Assembly: GCA_004764695.1 (NCBI GenBank)
Contig: SMSO01000034.1
Coordinates: 2,046,001 to 2,110,000, forward strand
Direction: 5' to 3'
Length of the DNA stretch: 64,000 bases
DNA from: Schizochytrium sp. TIO01
Lineage: Eukaryota; Protista; Bigyra: Labyrinthulomycetes
How positions within the stretch are numbered: the stretch's first letter is position 1; every line of letters starts with the position of its first letter. Below the pieces are notes generated by a model. It saw nothing but the letters and a program-made list of their open reading frames with translations. It did not search any database and was not told where the DNA came from. Below are positions 38,835-51,762 of this stretch, one piece after another. A program made the position numbers and the translations under genes.

Positions 38835-40284
38835 CGTCGACTTGTGCGCAAACAACCTCGAACCCCAAACTTTGCAACACTCAACCAGCAAAGCCAGCTC
38901 GCCAAAAGGATCCCTTAGGCACGTCAACTACAGATTTCACGCCTAGCGTGTCAGGACGCAGCCCAACTCCGCGGTCTTGGCAGAGTTTGGCGATTGCTCG
39001 CAGTGAATTCCCGTGCTCATTTACAATAGTTATAGTTCTTTCACAGCTTGTTGACGCCATCCCGTCCCCATACCATATTCTTCACTATAAAAGCAACACC
39101 AAGGTTTGTTCGCCTTGGACTTACGTCATCGAAAAGTGCTTCGAGGATGAGTCTTCGGGAGATCACTTTGGACAGTTTTTTGTTTGTCAGCGACATCGAT
39201 CGAGCTCCTTCACTCGCATCAACGTTGAAATGGCCTGCGTTGACCTTGATAATAAATTATGGCGTCGTTACAGTAGTGCTAAAACAAAGAACTAGGTACC
39301 TGGGTATTGCGCTCTCAGTGGTTCTGTGGGTAAAACTCAGACAACCAGAGCATAAAGGGTTGCGCTCGGAGTAACAGGGTATGTTATGACGAAGTTTTCT
39401 TGCATGAACTGACAGAGTAAGTCGGGGTATTCGGATAAACAAGCAAGACTTATAACTTGAAGTGTGGGAATTCAGGGCATCACGTTAATAATATAATTAG
39501 TATGTAGATTGGCACTACCTAGGGTTTATAGGTAGGCCTCTGACTGTTCTGTTCTTTTACTTGTTTAAAGTGGAACAGTATAATATGTGTTTTATCTAAT
39601 TTTGTTGAGAAGAAGAATATTCAAGGAAAGAAGAAGAATTACATTAATAGCAGTAGTGCTTTGCGCGAAAACCAAATTAGTGTTCGCCACCATGATTAGA
39701 AGTATATTCAAAACGATTCAATGATAGATTGATCGTTCTTGCTTGCACTGCTTCTGCATGCTTTCATGTTCTTTAGATGTGATGACAAGAATTTCTTTTG
39801 TGTGGAATCTCGGGTAATGGTCGTTATCCAGGCCTGTTTAATACACGATTTCATTGAGCTAAACCAAAGATTGCTCATATACTAGAGCTAGAATGTTTTA
39901 TTAAAAACAATATAACACAATCCATCTTCTTCTTTGAGCTGCTTTTGATTGCTTCCCTGAGTTGTTTGGCGTAATGTGCATCAAGCTTTCATGAAGTGGT
40001 TCACATCTATAATTTCTTTATTTTAAAAAGGAAGAAAAGAGAGAAAAGTATAGGCATAAAGAACAAAAATTGTGATAAAGGGACCCCTGAGTGATGAAAT
40101 GCATTTTAGCAGCATCGCCTCTGTGATCAGGCATTAATATCTGTTGCCCAGACCTAAGCAGAAACTCTTGTACCCAGGCAACTTGCAGCAGCAAGTGGTC
40201 CCAAAGCAATTCTTTCCTTGAGCCCTCGGGATTTATCAAGGCAGAAAACTTGCTGTTCTAGTTGGTAGCACAGTTTTTGCGGAA

Positions 40285-40770
40285 ATGGCGGACTTTGGTG
40301 GCATGATGGACGGTTTGGTCCAAGACGTGTTGGAGAGCCGCAAGACTTCTTTCCAGCATGCGTACGACTCTCCGTATGATATTTTGATGGGATTCCTTCA
40401 TGCTGTGGACTGGAAGAATGAGACGTGGCTGCAGGTAATCCTAGCAGGTCACGTTCTCTTGTGGATTGTTGTGGTTCTCACGCGTAAATGGGCCATCTTC
40501 CAGGGTGTCATCTTTGTTACTCTCTGCGCTCTCGTATACTGTGCTGAGTGGATAAATACATATTGCAGAGAACACTGGAGTGAGTTTTCCACTCAGAACT
40601 ATTTTGATCCAAGCGGTTTCTTCGCTGGGATTGTTTTCGCTGGCCCATTGCTCATGGTGATGTTTTTTCAGATGTTGAACTCTGTTTACGAGGCTTCAGC
40701 CATGCTCATCCAAGCCAAACGCGCAGAGCTGCGCGCGAAGCACCAGCGTGAGTCTAAAAAGGAAAAGTAA
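40285..40770 (+). CDS. TMEM18: Transmembrane protein 18
   Basis: FLHAVDWKNETWL...AEWINTYCREHWSEFSTQNYFDPSGFFAGIVFAGPLL with a basic C-terminal tail. Confidence 0.9.
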   Translation: MADFGGMMDGLVQDVLESRKTSFQHAYDSPYDILMGFLHAVDWKNETWLQVILAGHVLLWIVVVLTRKWAIFQGVIFVTLCALVYCAEWINTYCREHWSEFSTQNYFDPSGFFAGIVFAGPLLMVMFFQMLNSVYEASAMLIQAKRAELRAKHQRESKKEK

Positions 40771-41598
40771 TGAAAAAGTTCAGAGTAGAAGTTGCTCAGA
40801 AGGAATCACAGTTTGGGTGAGGATTGTACTGTATCAACAGAATTTCGTTGCAAGTCCAGTTTGCAGTGCATGGTGAAACCGATCGTGAGATAGTCTACCA
40901 CGTTTTGTTTGTCAATCGAAAGGAAAGTAGACGGGGCTTTCATGCAGGCTATTCGCTTGTGTATACACAGAATCTGTTTGGGGCCTTTCTCATGTGCTCG
41001 GGAATTTACACATTTAAAAAAGAGAGTAGGCAGCTCCAACGAACAGGCGAGGTTTTGTTTCTTTGAAAGCGGATATGGTACATGCAAGGCGTAGCATACC
41101 TCACTGGTGCAACAAGCTTCTTGATATTTGGTCAAGTATTTTGGAGGTTTGACCGACAAACGATACACAATGTAGGGTGCTGGTGCAAACGTATTGTTTG
41201 GTTGGTTTGCTGTACCAAAAAGATATTGCAGGGGACAGGAAAAACTATACATTGTATGACATGCAAGATTGTGATAAGGGAGCCAGGCTTCTTATTATTA
41301 TAAACTTTTCTCTCCCCCCCCCTTTTTTTTAAACTCCAAAAATAAAGAAAAGAAGACTTTGTGATGCAATTCCTGTGGTGCGCGCTTGTGTTTGGTGCGC
41401 CCCTTTGTGCAAGTGTTTAATCAATTAAATCATCAATCAATAAGCTATTTGATCATTTCATACTGACCACGCCGCCCAGCCCTTGCTCGACACCCGCTGT
41501 CAACAGGAGGCTGTGTGCCATAGGAGCTTTGCAAATTCGTAGGTATCATGGACAAAAAAAGGCAAAAGAGAATGCGAAATCAGTAGGTATTATCAGAA

Positions 41599-43956
41599 TC
41601 AGCGCTTAGCCGCAGATCCATTTCGCATGCGAAACCTCGGCACACGCATGCGCAGAGACCTTGTGCTCGGGGAAGCTGTAGGTGGAGTGACAGGGCCTTC
41701 CGCGCTCTTTTTGCGAGCAGGCGTGACAGCATCATCTGCAACATGGTGCTCGCGTTTCTTTTTCAGACGAACTTTACCGTCGCCGAATGCTTGTCCGTCC
41801 GTCGAAACACGTTTCTTGGACGACTTTTTGGCGGTACCTGTCATATTCTCAGCATCCTCTGAAACAGCGTCTGCGGAATGACGTGTTGTAGAACGGTTTT
41901 CCTTAAGCGGGACTCCATTGTTACTCGCCACAGAAGCACCAGCGTTTACATGGGCATTTGAATTGCCATGCAAGGTTGGGATAAAAGACTTCCTTCGCAT
42001 TTTAGAACGCAGAGACTTGGAGTTCAGAAGGTGCGCAGGAGGCGGGGGAAGGTCGCGATCCAGACCACGGGCTTGCTGCTGTTGTTGATGTTGTGCTGCT
42101 TGTGCTTGCTGCTGTTGATACTCAAGCTCTTGTTGTTCTTGTTGCTGTTGGCGTTGTTGTTGCTTCTCCTGTCGCTGATGGTGCTGGTAGTACTGCTGGT
42201 ACTGACGTAGCTCTTCCTGCTGTTGCTCAATAAGGAGCTGCATATTGCGCTGTTGCTCAGTGGCAGTCTCGAGAGCTTGCTGCTTGGAATTCTGCTGCTC
42301 TTCAATGAAACTCTCAAGACGTGCCATTTCCGCCTTTTGCACCTTCACCTGCTCTCGTAGCGAAGCAATCTCTAAGCGTTGCATGGCTTCATTGTCAGAT
42401 TCCATAAAAGATGCTACAACACTCGTAAGAGCGTCACGGAGCTCGGATGCAGGGATGTCAAGCTTGGCAGAAGCCAAACTCGTGAGAGTGTTGTTTTGAA
42501 CCTCAAGCTCGGCAATTCTTGCCTGCAACGAACTTGCGTCCCCATCAGACTCTGCACCCTCACTATTGCTATCATTGAGGCTGTTGAGGAAGCTGTCATT
42601 TGAGCCGCCATGGCGATGCTGACTTGCGGAGAGTCTTGAACGGAGCTCCTGGTTCTCAGCCTCAAGCTCCTCTAGTCTTTCTGCCTCCTCAGAGCCCATG
42701 GAAGTGCCCGCACGACGTACGGGCGCAATGGGTTGTTTAATTTTTATGTCTTTTGCGCGATTGGCGTATTTGAGTGTGTTGTGGGACTCTTCGTAGCATT
42801 TGTTGGACGGATTAATTGCAGCAAGCATACATAAGCTGCAGTTACCTTCCAAGGAAGACTTGAGAAGGTGTGTAAGCTTGCTATCACGGTATTTCACTCG
42901 AGTGGACTTCTTTCCAGAGCTCAGCGCATTGATGCAGTTGGCAAGTGCAAGAAGCGAGCGGTTAATGTTCGCACCCTCGCGAAGGCGAGCGCCGCGGTTC
43001 TGTGTAGCTGCTGCTCGTTCGCTTCCAGCAAGATCAATGAGCGAGAGAACTGATGAGGTCACTGTTTTCTTGGGCTTTGGTGCAAGACGACGTTGGCCAG
43101 AAAAGGGGATTGGTTCGATCAGAGTAGACTCAATGCGTACTTGCAAGACTGCATGAGATCGTGAGGATACTTGATTTGCTGCTGTGCTTTCCATGCGACG
43201 ACGCTTGTTGCCACTTTCAAGGAGTTCGAGCACCTGCTCAGTACTTGTCACCTCTACCTCAGTGAGCCCAAGTACCTTCACTTGAAAATCGTTGGGGTCT
43301 TCGCAAGGCTGAAGAGGCCGCTGCTTATGAGTGAGCAAATCGTAAATAGTTTCGTTGTACACCTCGAGATAGCTTAATTTCACAGACCATTCTTTTGAAG
43401 CACCTTCTGCAGAGCGTGGATCCACATCGAAGTCGTCCCGAAGCCTATCGATTCCACGAAATAAGTCAACAAGCGCACGGGGAATAATGCCCGGGTCCTC
43501 AGGATTTCCAAGCATGCTGTGTGTCTTGCCTGCACCTGTTGAACCATATGCAAATACTGTGCAGTTGATGCCTCTTAATGCGTCAAGCACGATGGGCTGG
43601 GTTGTGCCTTCGTAAATATCTTCTTGCGTTGCTTCGTGACCGAACACCTTGTCAAATTGATACTCGTGCTGTGCACCCATTTCTGAGCGCAGCACCGCGC
43701 CAGCTCTTGCTTCTTTGTGGATTCGCACAACTTTGTCACGACAGAAGCTACGCACCACAGCACGCTCGCCCCGGTCTTGCTCTGTCTTTGACAACGGCCT
43801 TGTTCTTACACAGACAGTCATACGTGCCTCCAGTGGCGCACCGCTGCCACCATCTCCACTTCCCGCCATGCTCTGCCTCCCTGGCATTCGCGACTTGCGA
43901 CGGCTGCTATTGTGCGCCGCTCTGGGTTTACTTTGGTCATCTTCGTCAGAAAACAT
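41599..43956 (-). CDS. Kinesin-8-like motor protein (KIF18/KIF19-like) with Gln-rich coiled coil
   Basis: YGSTGAGKTHSM, SSRSHAVLQV, LIDLAGSERAAATQNRGARLREGANINRSLLALANCINAL, YEESHNTLKYANRAK. Likely ATG at 43956. Confidence 0.92.
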   Translation of the reverse strand: MFSDEDDQSKPRAAHNSSRRKSRMPGRQSMAGSGDGGSGAPLEARMTVCVRTRPLSKTEQDRGERAVVRSFCRDKVVRIHKEARAGAVLRSEMGAQHEYQFDKVFGHEATQEDIYEGTTQPIVLDALRGINCTVFAYGSTGAGKTHSMLGNPEDPGIIPRALVDLFRGIDRLRDDFDVDPRSAEGASKEWSVKLSYLEVYNETIYDLLTHKQRPLQPCEDPNDFQVKVLGLTEVEVTSTEQVLELLESGNKRRRMESTAANQVSSRSHAVLQVRIESTLIEPIPFSGQRRLAPKPKKTVTSSVLSLIDLAGSERAAATQNRGARLREGANINRSLLALANCINALSSGKKSTRVKYRDSKLTHLLKSSLEGNCSLCMLAAINPSNKCYEESHNTLKYANRAKDIKIKQPIAPVRRAGTSMGSEEAERLEELEAENQELRSRLSASQHRHGGSNDSFLNSLNDSNSEGAESDGDASSLQARIAELEVQNNTLTSLASAKLDIPASELRDALTSVVASFMESDNEAMQRLEIASLREQVKVQKAEMARLESFIEEQQNSKQQALETATEQQRNMQLLIEQQQEELRQYQQYYQHHQRQEKQQQRQQQQEQQELEYQQQQAQAAQHQQQQQARGLDRDLPPPPAHLLNSKSLRSKMRRKSFIPTLHGNSNAHVNAGASVASNNGVPLKENRSTTRHSADAVSEDAENMTGTAKKSSKKRVSTDGQAFGDGKVRLKKKREHHVADDAVTPARKKSAEGPVTPPTASPSTRSLRMRVPRFRMRNGSAAKR

Positions 43957-46900
43957 CACCCCTGTAGATGCTCTCTGGTGCTTGCACACGAGCGAGTGCA
44001 ATTCCAGTGAACCAAACGATATAACGATATACTGTCCTTCAGCTCGGTCTTTGCTGGTTATATCCCTCCTTAGTTTCGCTAAACCAGCTCAATTGTTAGA
44101 ATGCAAGGTATCCAGACCACAAGCCGTTGCCAAGGATCCCGTGTCAGCTGAGCCTCTTCGTGCCAAAGTGGATTCTTTTACTTTACCCCTTGCACACTCA
44201 CGCTGGCTCGATTATAATGCACGCCCGGAGCAAGAAGATACACTGATCCTCGAAGACTCCACCGTCAACCGTCAACCGTCCTCTCCAAGGCAATCCGCAC
44301 AACAAACAACACCAAGAAATACAATACAAAATACGCTCGCCAAAGTCTCTATCCAATCCAATTTAATCGTACACCCTGTGAACTTGGTGCTCCAGTTACA
44401 CCGTGCGCCGACAGCTTCGTTGGTCTACTTTAGATTTGGGAGTGCTTTGTAAATCCCTGCACAGGATTCTTGCGCTCGCGTGGTTCGGGTTTGATGCGGT
44501 CTTGCACTGCCAGCCCAGAACTGGGGCCTGGGAGTGTTTCCTAGTTTGCGGGAGACCGAATTGAAGGTCTGGGCTCTGTGCCGGTGTTGGATACTCTTCT
44601 CTTAAACCCCTGCGCTGACTTTGGCCTTTGTCTGTCTATTGATAGGTCGATTGCAGAGAATTCGACCTTGCGTCAATGCCTCGGCTCCAAGACCAGCGCT
44701 GCCCGAGTGGGCTTGCGGGCTAACGACGGTGGCCCACCGCTGCTGCAGGGGCTGCTGCGAGGCGGTTGGCTGCAGAGGTCGCGACTAAGCCTTCGCGTGG
44801 GGAGGCAGCCTGCCTCAGTGCGTAAGAGTATTAGGCCTCGGTGCCCGTGCTGCACGGCGGTTTCACGGCCCCTCTGCTTCTCCCTAATACTGCTACCACT
44901 ACCTAACAGACCACTAGGAGTCAATAGCGAGAGGTAATGAAAAACATTGCCACAACTATCATGTATTACAATCATTCGGCGTGCTTTCGTTTATGAGCAG
45001 GTGTCATCGCCGTGCTCTTCTTCTCGATGCCGGCCAGGTGGAGGGGTTGGCCTCTCGCTGCAGTTCTCGTGCAGGGTGTGTTGCCAGGAGGGGTACCGTA
45101 CCTGTTGGAAAATCTCTCTGAAGGATGATTTCTCATCTCTCAATTCATGTTATAAAATTAACAAATAAAATTATGAAAATTTCGAAAGAACAAAAGCAGA
45201 AGAGAAAAGAGAAAAAGAAAAAGAAAAAAGAAGAAAAAGTTGAATGAGCTCTTTCGTTTTTACTAACTGCTCAAACAGTAGAAGGTGCCTACCATAAACT
45301 ATAAGAAAGCACCAGCTAAGGACGACGTCTCCAACTCCACAGACTTCATAGTGTGTACATAGCCAATAAACTAGAACTCCTGATGTCAATGTGAGGTCAT
45401 GGTGCGCAAGACGTCCTACTGTTTATACTAGGGTGAGGATAGAGACCGTCTCCTGGCGTCTTCAGCATAAATCATGTGTGAAAGTTGGAGATCAGGTCTT
45501 CAATAATTTGCTCTCGTGGACCCATAATTTACAGCCAAGTCCGCAAAGCTGAAGTCATAAGCCCTGGCAAGAACAAGTTGGTGCCAGCACTGGCCTTGGC
45601 TGCTGCTGTGGATTCGGCTGCCGATCGTCCATCGCAAATCTTGGTCAGCTCGAGTCTGACTGACTGACTGATTGACTGACTGACTCCGTAATGGTTGAGC
45701 TTAGCTTGACGATCGATTATGAACGGGTTATTCACGTCCTTCACCTCAAGGCATTGCGGCAATCTTCGAGCAGGTCCTCCAGCTCGCAAGCTCTTCTTTT
45801 GTCAGCGCAAGGCAATGTTTCTGTGCATGTGTCACGACAGCAAACGACTTGAGAGAAGTGCTGTGCGCGGGGTTCTTGCACAAATCGTCTCAGCATAGCT
45901 CCTCTAGAGATTGAATTTGCTTTGGGTACTGGCATCTTCACTTCGCAGGTCGCAACGGAAGGTGTCTCTAGAGCGTCGTTCGTTTGAGGCCGGAGTCTTC
46001 CCCGTTTTCTACAAGGCACGCAGCAATACACGTGCGTAGTGGCGATGGAGATATCGCAGTCGATTTCCACGGGGGTCAACGGGTTTATTGGGGAGATGAG
46101 GGTGGCCCATTACATTTTCGCAAGTGCTGCAATTGGTGTGTCAAACGCTCGCTCGCTCGACAGTATTATCTCCTCGAACCTGTCCGCTCGGAAAGCAGCG
46201 CCTTCGCCTCCAAAAGCAGTGGTCGCCGGAGCAACCCGCCGCAAACGCAACGTCAGAACCTGTCCATTGCTTCGCGTGAACAAAACTGATTTGTATTTGT
46301 TCATTGGGTGCGCGTACTTATTTAATCAACTAATCAAAAAAAAAATAAAAAAAATAAAGAATTCTATTATTTTTAGAATAACATTTTACCAAAATTGATT
46401 GATTTTATAAAAGACACCAACAGGAAACGAACCACTCGGGCCTCCAAGCTGAGTTTGCTGCATTCTTCATTGCGTCCCACTGGCACGAGTAGTTGCAGGC
46501 TCATGCAAAGCGAAAGCAATCAATCCCAGGACCTCTGCGACCATTTCATATCGACAGCAGCGCTTTTCTGATCTCCTGAGCTCTTCTGCATATTGCCTTT
46601 CCATGCATGAGTTCTGAGACTATGGCCATAACATGAGATGCTTTCGCAAGAACCCACGAACCTGTGGCAATCGTGCCTGACAAACTGGAGATGCCCAAGC
46701 TGCGAGTCTCGATATACGCACGCTGCTCAGGAACTTAACCCGTGGCCCTCGTCATCGTCGTCGTCGCCTTCGCCGGTGAAGTTCTTCTCCGTTGCAGCTT
46801 TGATCGCCAAGATGGGGCTCCATGTTTGTTGAGTGAGTGAGTGAGTGTACCAAATCAGAGAAGATCATCCATCACCAGTGCCTTCTCTCGCTCGGGATGC

Positions 46901-47769
46901 TGCATCCCATATCCAGCTCGCCTCGAGACTGAGCAATGAGAGAGGGAGAGACAGTGGACATCGTTTGTTCTTGCGCGAGGAAGTCTGTTCAAGATCGCTG
47001 CGATTTGAGAGCAAAAGTAGAGCACCAAAAGGAAAGTCGAACTACACACGGGAATGCCATTTTAGTATACACACAAATGTGAAGACCCAGGTCAAAGCAT
47101 TCCGCCAGGGGATTGAGGTTGCGCTTGAGGCTCTGCAATGGATCTAGCGGGACTGACCTTGAGTTAGATTGTTTCGCTTTGCTTTGCTTTGTTTTGCTTC
47201 GTTTTGCTTTGCTTTGCTTTGCTTTGCTTTGCTCTACGTTTCTGTGTTTTGATTTCTTGGAAACCTTCCTTCACGATAAACCACCTCACTAATGACTGTA
47301 TAGGGTTTATTATAGCAGCTGTGGCCCTGGAAATGAAATCGATCACCGAAAAGGAATCAACGAACCGGGCCGGGACAAAATCCGAATCTCGGCCGGCTGC
47401 CAAGGCTCGCGAGCTGGCCGCCGGGCCCTTGGAGGCCACCAGGGCGCTCTCTGGGCGCTCCGTGGTCGCTTTATCCTGAGCCCTCGGCGCGGCTCCCAGG
47501 TGTGCGAGATCCTTATCTTAGTTATACCACTTCTGAGGGGGCTTCTACGTTGAAAACGATCCAAGACATCGCTTGCTGTTGCGGCCGCGAGCACAGTTGA
47601 CACCGACACAGGGACACGTCTGAGCCTGATATCTACGCTGCAAAGGTTCACTGCTTAGCCTTGGATGCAGCCCCAGTTCTGGCCTTGAGGTTCACAGCGT
47701 GATATTGGACCTGATTGTGTCGCGCAAAAGCTGCTTGCCTAGTCTCAAGCAGGTTTTTAAGGCAGCACC

Positions 47770-49167
47770 ATGAGTACTGCTGATAATCCGCTAGCTTGCC
47801 ACGGTGACAAAGATTGTCCAGGCACGCAAGTGTGCCTTGGGTCACCATCTTGGGCGTCAGAATCGATTTGGCATACCTGCCAATGTAGCCCGTACTATGG
47901 GTGGGATGGTCTCCCTGCGTGCGAAGATCTAGGCCATGCTGCTTTCATTATGGCGGTCGTGTACTTGATAATGGCCTTTGTGGCGCTGGTCACAGTCTCC
48001 GTGGGCTCCTGCATATTACTGTGGCTTGTTGCACGGAAGAAAATGCGCATCCCAGCAAACTCAGTCATTGGAACTTATGTTCTGAGCTGGTTTGCGCTGG
48101 TCTTTTGTGTGTGCTGGTTTACAACTTCGGCTACAATTATCCTTACTCCAGCAAGGTACACCAAACTTCGCGAGGACGCGAATGAGGGGCTCACAAAGTA
48201 TCATCAATTGTCGGATGTAGAGACGAGCTTCATCCTTATGGCCCTGGTTACTGGCACTGCATCAATACTGAACATTTGTCTCGTTTGGATGAGGGTCGTG
48301 AGGGGTACAAACAGCTTGGCATCTTCCACAGCACGCTATATGAATTACTCTCGTCGTGTGGTCTACTTTGCGGAGGTTCTTTATGTTTTAATTCTTGTTC
48401 CGTGCTTTGCTCTGCGTGTCATTGAGCTTGGCATTTTCATAACTCTGCCATTCTACGTTTTCATTGCTATATCATATGTTTACGCGCAGGAAAAACTTAT
48501 CATGTTACTACAGCGTGCAGCCCTCTTTGATAGTACGCCTCAACACCAAAAGCTGTGGTATCAAAAACAAATTTATCGCGTACGTCTTACAGCTATTTCG
48601 ATTGTTGCGCTTCTCTTCTTTACGGTGTTATTTGGCTGTCTTTACTCTGGCTTTTACCTTTCCCCAGGCGGATGGATGGAGCACGCTGGCACAAGTGGCA
48701 CATTGGGCGTCTTGCAGATTGTGTATATTTTTGTCCCCATTAGCAATGTATCCTTGGTGATTGCTGTTATGGCTTATTCTTGCCTTAGTCTCATTGCCAT
48801 CCATATTCGAGCACGGGCACGAACAACAAGCCAGGCAACGCACGATGAGACAACAAACGCTCACACATATGACTCAAGGCAGCCCCCGCATGCACGTGAT
48901 TTAGAGCACGGGCCAGCAAACAATAATAGGAATCGATTTCATTCAAATGATGACTCGGACTCAGACTCGGACTCTGATTCAAAAGACTCGTTGGGCACCG
49001 TCAGTGATAGCGGAACAACAAGTCTTAATACTGAATTAGTGTCTCTCGGTAGTACAGCTACGAAGGCAAGTATCAAAACAAATAAGAACATCAAACCCAC
49101 TAGCAATGATGATCGGCAGCAAAGTGTCTCGTCACCTACAGAGACAACTGCGCTCAACTCGGTTTAA
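47770..49167 (+). CDS. 7-TM GPCR-like receptor with N-terminal Cys-rich (EGF-like) ectodomain
   Basis: C-x5-C-x5-C...CQCSPYYGWDGLPAC, followed by seven hydrophobic segments and a Ser/Asp-rich tail. Confidence 0.7.
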   Translation: MSTADNPLACHGDKDCPGTQVCLGSPSWASESIWHTCQCSPYYGWDGLPACEDLGHAAFIMAVVYLIMAFVALVTVSVGSCILLWLVARKKMRIPANSVIGTYVLSWFALVFCVCWFTTSATIILTPARYTKLREDANEGLTKYHQLSDVETSFILMALVTGTASILNICLVWMRVVRGTNSLASSTARYMNYSRRVVYFAEVLYVLILVPCFALRVIELGIFITLPFYVFIAISYVYAQEKLIMLLQRAALFDSTPQHQKLWYQKQIYRVRLTAISIVALLFFTVLFGCLYSGFYLSPGGWMEHAGTSGTLGVLQIVYIFVPISNVSLVIAVMAYSCLSLIAIHIRARARTTSQATHDETTNAHTYDSRQPPHARDLEHGPANNNRNRFHSNDDSDSDSDSDSKDSLGTVSDSGTTSLNTELVSLGSTATKASIKTNKNIKPTSNDDRQQSVSSPTETTALNSV

Positions 49168-50193
49168 TACATACTTTAAAACGGTCTATATGACCAGAAG
49201 AAGTTTGAGAGTCTGTGTCGATTAAACTCTCTCTCCTCTCCTTTTCCTTATCTGTTGTGCATTGCCAAAATTGTGTATCATACGCTACAACATTTAAGGG
49301 GGAATCGATTGTTGAAACTGCTGAGCGGTCTTACCCGTTTCTCAGTCATGTCTGCCTTACATTCAGTATTATTGAGTCTACCCTTCTAAGTTATTACTTT
49401 GTCTCTTTCTCCAACACGCATTCTAATATGATCCGCTCCAGCGGGAAACCCTAACCTTCTCCGCGCAGCCCAGTCTCTGACAAGTCAAGCTAATCAACTT
49501 TAATTTTCCATTCGAGTAGGTAGTACATGACAGGTGTATGCAGTGTGTACCAATGCACTTTCAGTTTTTGACGATATTTCCTTTCGCAACATTTCACCCC
49601 GCTGCAAAGCAAGTTGTCGCTTAAGGTATAGCACCGCATGGCCAAGGTGGACATTCTTATCGTTGTCCTTACAATCTCCACACCAATCTAACTCAGGCAT
49701 GAACCTGAGATGCGTAGTTGAAAGCTTGATTCCGCGTTTTTCTTTGTGAAGAGGCCTACGTACCTGCTAAATACTACTACCTTCTAACACTGTGTACTAT
49801 AACACTATGTATTATAATATTATAAAGGGATTGTGTATTTTAATCAAAATGCAACCCGTATTTTATTCTTTTTCTTTTCAAAGATTGATCAGCCACGCTC
49901 ATGCGCGCGCAGACCTAGAATTGCCCATCTGTGCCCTGTGCTCGATCGACCCGGGGCGGGATCGCGGGCCATTAGGGAGGTAGCTGCCGCGCCCTCCTGT
50001 TCGCTGAAACAGCGTTGAGCAGCGGTGCCGCGGCGCCGCTGCGTTCTCGAGATCGGCTTGGGACTCCTTCCTCATATTTGTTATCTCATCTCTTCGTTTC
50101 CTTTTGCGTCGTTGTAGCGAAGCTCTCGCCTGCGAATTGGAGGTGGTCCTGCATAATTTATTCTGAAGACCTATCAATAGATCCAAGGCGAAA

Positions 50194-51762
50194 ATGCCGC
50201 GTCGAGGTGGTGCCGAAAATGATGTGCTCTTTATGGGCTTCAATCAAGATGCCAGTTGCGTGTCAATTGGCACCAAAGGCGGATATCGAATCTTCAACTG
50301 CCAGCCCTTTGGCAGGAATATTTTTTCTACAGAAGGTGGCATCGGCATCGTAGAGATGCTTTTCTCCACGAGTCTAGTTGCACTCGTCGGAGGTGGCGAA
50401 AAACCAGCGTTCTCTCCTCGTCACCTTAAGCTATGGAACTCAAAAACGGCAAGCGTGATTTGTGAGCTGGACTTCAGCTCAGCGATTCAGGCCGTCAAAA
50501 TGAACCGAAAACGCCTTATTGTTGTTCTAGAGACGCAGCTACACATTTATGACCTTGATACAATGATCAACTTGCAGACTTTGGAAGTCGCAACGCTTGG
50601 CTCGAGCTCGCAATTCAATGGGCAGGGCGCGCAAACAACCGCATCAGCAATGACCAAAGGTGGTACCTCTTTGCTTGCGTCACCATTATGCGAGCTTTCG
50701 CCTGATGAAAATACCTCCTTTCTCGCACTCCCTGCAAATAGCCTTTCAGGAGATGTCTTTCTGTATGATGCTTTAAATCTTGTGGAGTTTCGCTGGATTC
50801 AAGCTCACAAGGCTCGTCTTACATCACTGCAATTCAGCCAGGATGGAAGCATGCTTGCCACGGCCTCAGAAACTGGCACTGTGATCCGCGTCTTTCGTGT
50901 GCCATCCGGCGAGCGCCTTTACTCATTCCGTCGTGGATCATACACAGCGACCGTGTACTCTCTTGCCTTTGACGAGATAGGATCAATTCTTGCTGCTTCC
51001 TCGAGTAATGGTACTGTTCACTTGTTTGGACTTACAGCTGAGGCTCGCTATGGAAATCATGATGAGCATATCCGGGATGGGTCTGCTACTGGTGCTGATG
51101 ATGGCGGTTCGGTTCATGGCTCGCGGCTTTATGCGAACAGTACCACTCACGATGCTGAAGGCGCTTCATCTTCCGCTAATGGTGCTGGAGGGCTCATATC
51201 GCCTGGTGCACATGGTTCTGGATCTGGTATGGAGAGTCCTCCTGCATCTAACCCGGACCCCTACCACCGACACCAAACCCAGCAGAGTGGCCAGCAAACG
51301 ACAACGTCCATGGGTCGTGCTTCTACCTTTTTAGGTTTTGCTGCCAGCAACGCTATGGCTATGCTTGAGAAACAGCGATCTTTGGCTGGCAAGTTCTTGC
51401 CCGGGTCGATCAGTGATATTGTTGAACCTACGCGAAGTTTTGCAGTGGCGCGTCTGCCAGACAGTGGTCTGCGCACTGCTTGCTGCATCGGTAAAGGCCT
51501 GGTTTCTGTTGTGACGGCAGAAGGCCATTTTTACCAATTTAGAATCGGCAAGGGGAACTGCGAGTTAGCCTTTGAGATGTCTTTGCACGTTCAGGATGCC
51601 TCTTCAATATCCTCTTCGACAGGTGCACAAGGTTTCACATCGGGTGAACAGGACGGGTCTCTAGATGGAGATCGAAGCTCAGAGGGCACGCACACCCTTT
51701 CGCCATCTACGAGTGGTCTTCGTGTATTTCGTTCGTCGCATGATCATTCTTCTTATACCTGA
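50194..51762 (+). CDS. ATG18: Autophagy protein ATG18 / WIPI1-2-like PROPPIN
   Basis: FNQDASC, IVEMLFSTSLVALVG, SPRHLKLWN, LATASETGTVIRVF and the FRRG phosphoinositide-binding motif. Confidence 0.95.
   Translation: MPRRGGAENDVLFMGFNQDASCVSIGTKGGYRIFNCQPFGRNIFSTEGGIGIVEMLFSTSLVALVGGGEKPAFSPRHLKLWNSKTASVICELDFSSAIQAVKMNRKRLIVVLETQLHIYDLDTMINLQTLEVATLGSSSQFNGQGAQTTASAMTKGGTSLLASPLCELSPDENTSFLALPANSLSGDVFLYDALNLVEFRWIQAHKARLTSLQFSQDGSMLATASETGTVIRVFRVPSGERLYSFRRGSYTATVYSLAFDEIGSILAASSSNGTVHLFGLTAEARYGNHDEHIRDGSATGADDGGSVHGSRLYANSTTHDAEGASSSANGAGGLISPGAHGSGSGMESPPASNPDPYHRHQTQQSGQQTTTSMGRASTFLGFAASNAMAMLEKQRSLAGKFLPGSISDIVEPTRSFAVARLPDSGLRTACCIGKGLVSVVTAEGHFYQFRIGKGNCELAFEMSLHVQDASSISSSTGAQGFTSGEQDGSLDGDRSSEGTHTLSPSTSGLRVFRSSHDHSSYT

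Noticed and set aside
45741-46304. Two same-frame minus-strand ORFs split by one stop
   Set aside because: No recognisable domain; insufficient evidence for a gene or pseudogene.
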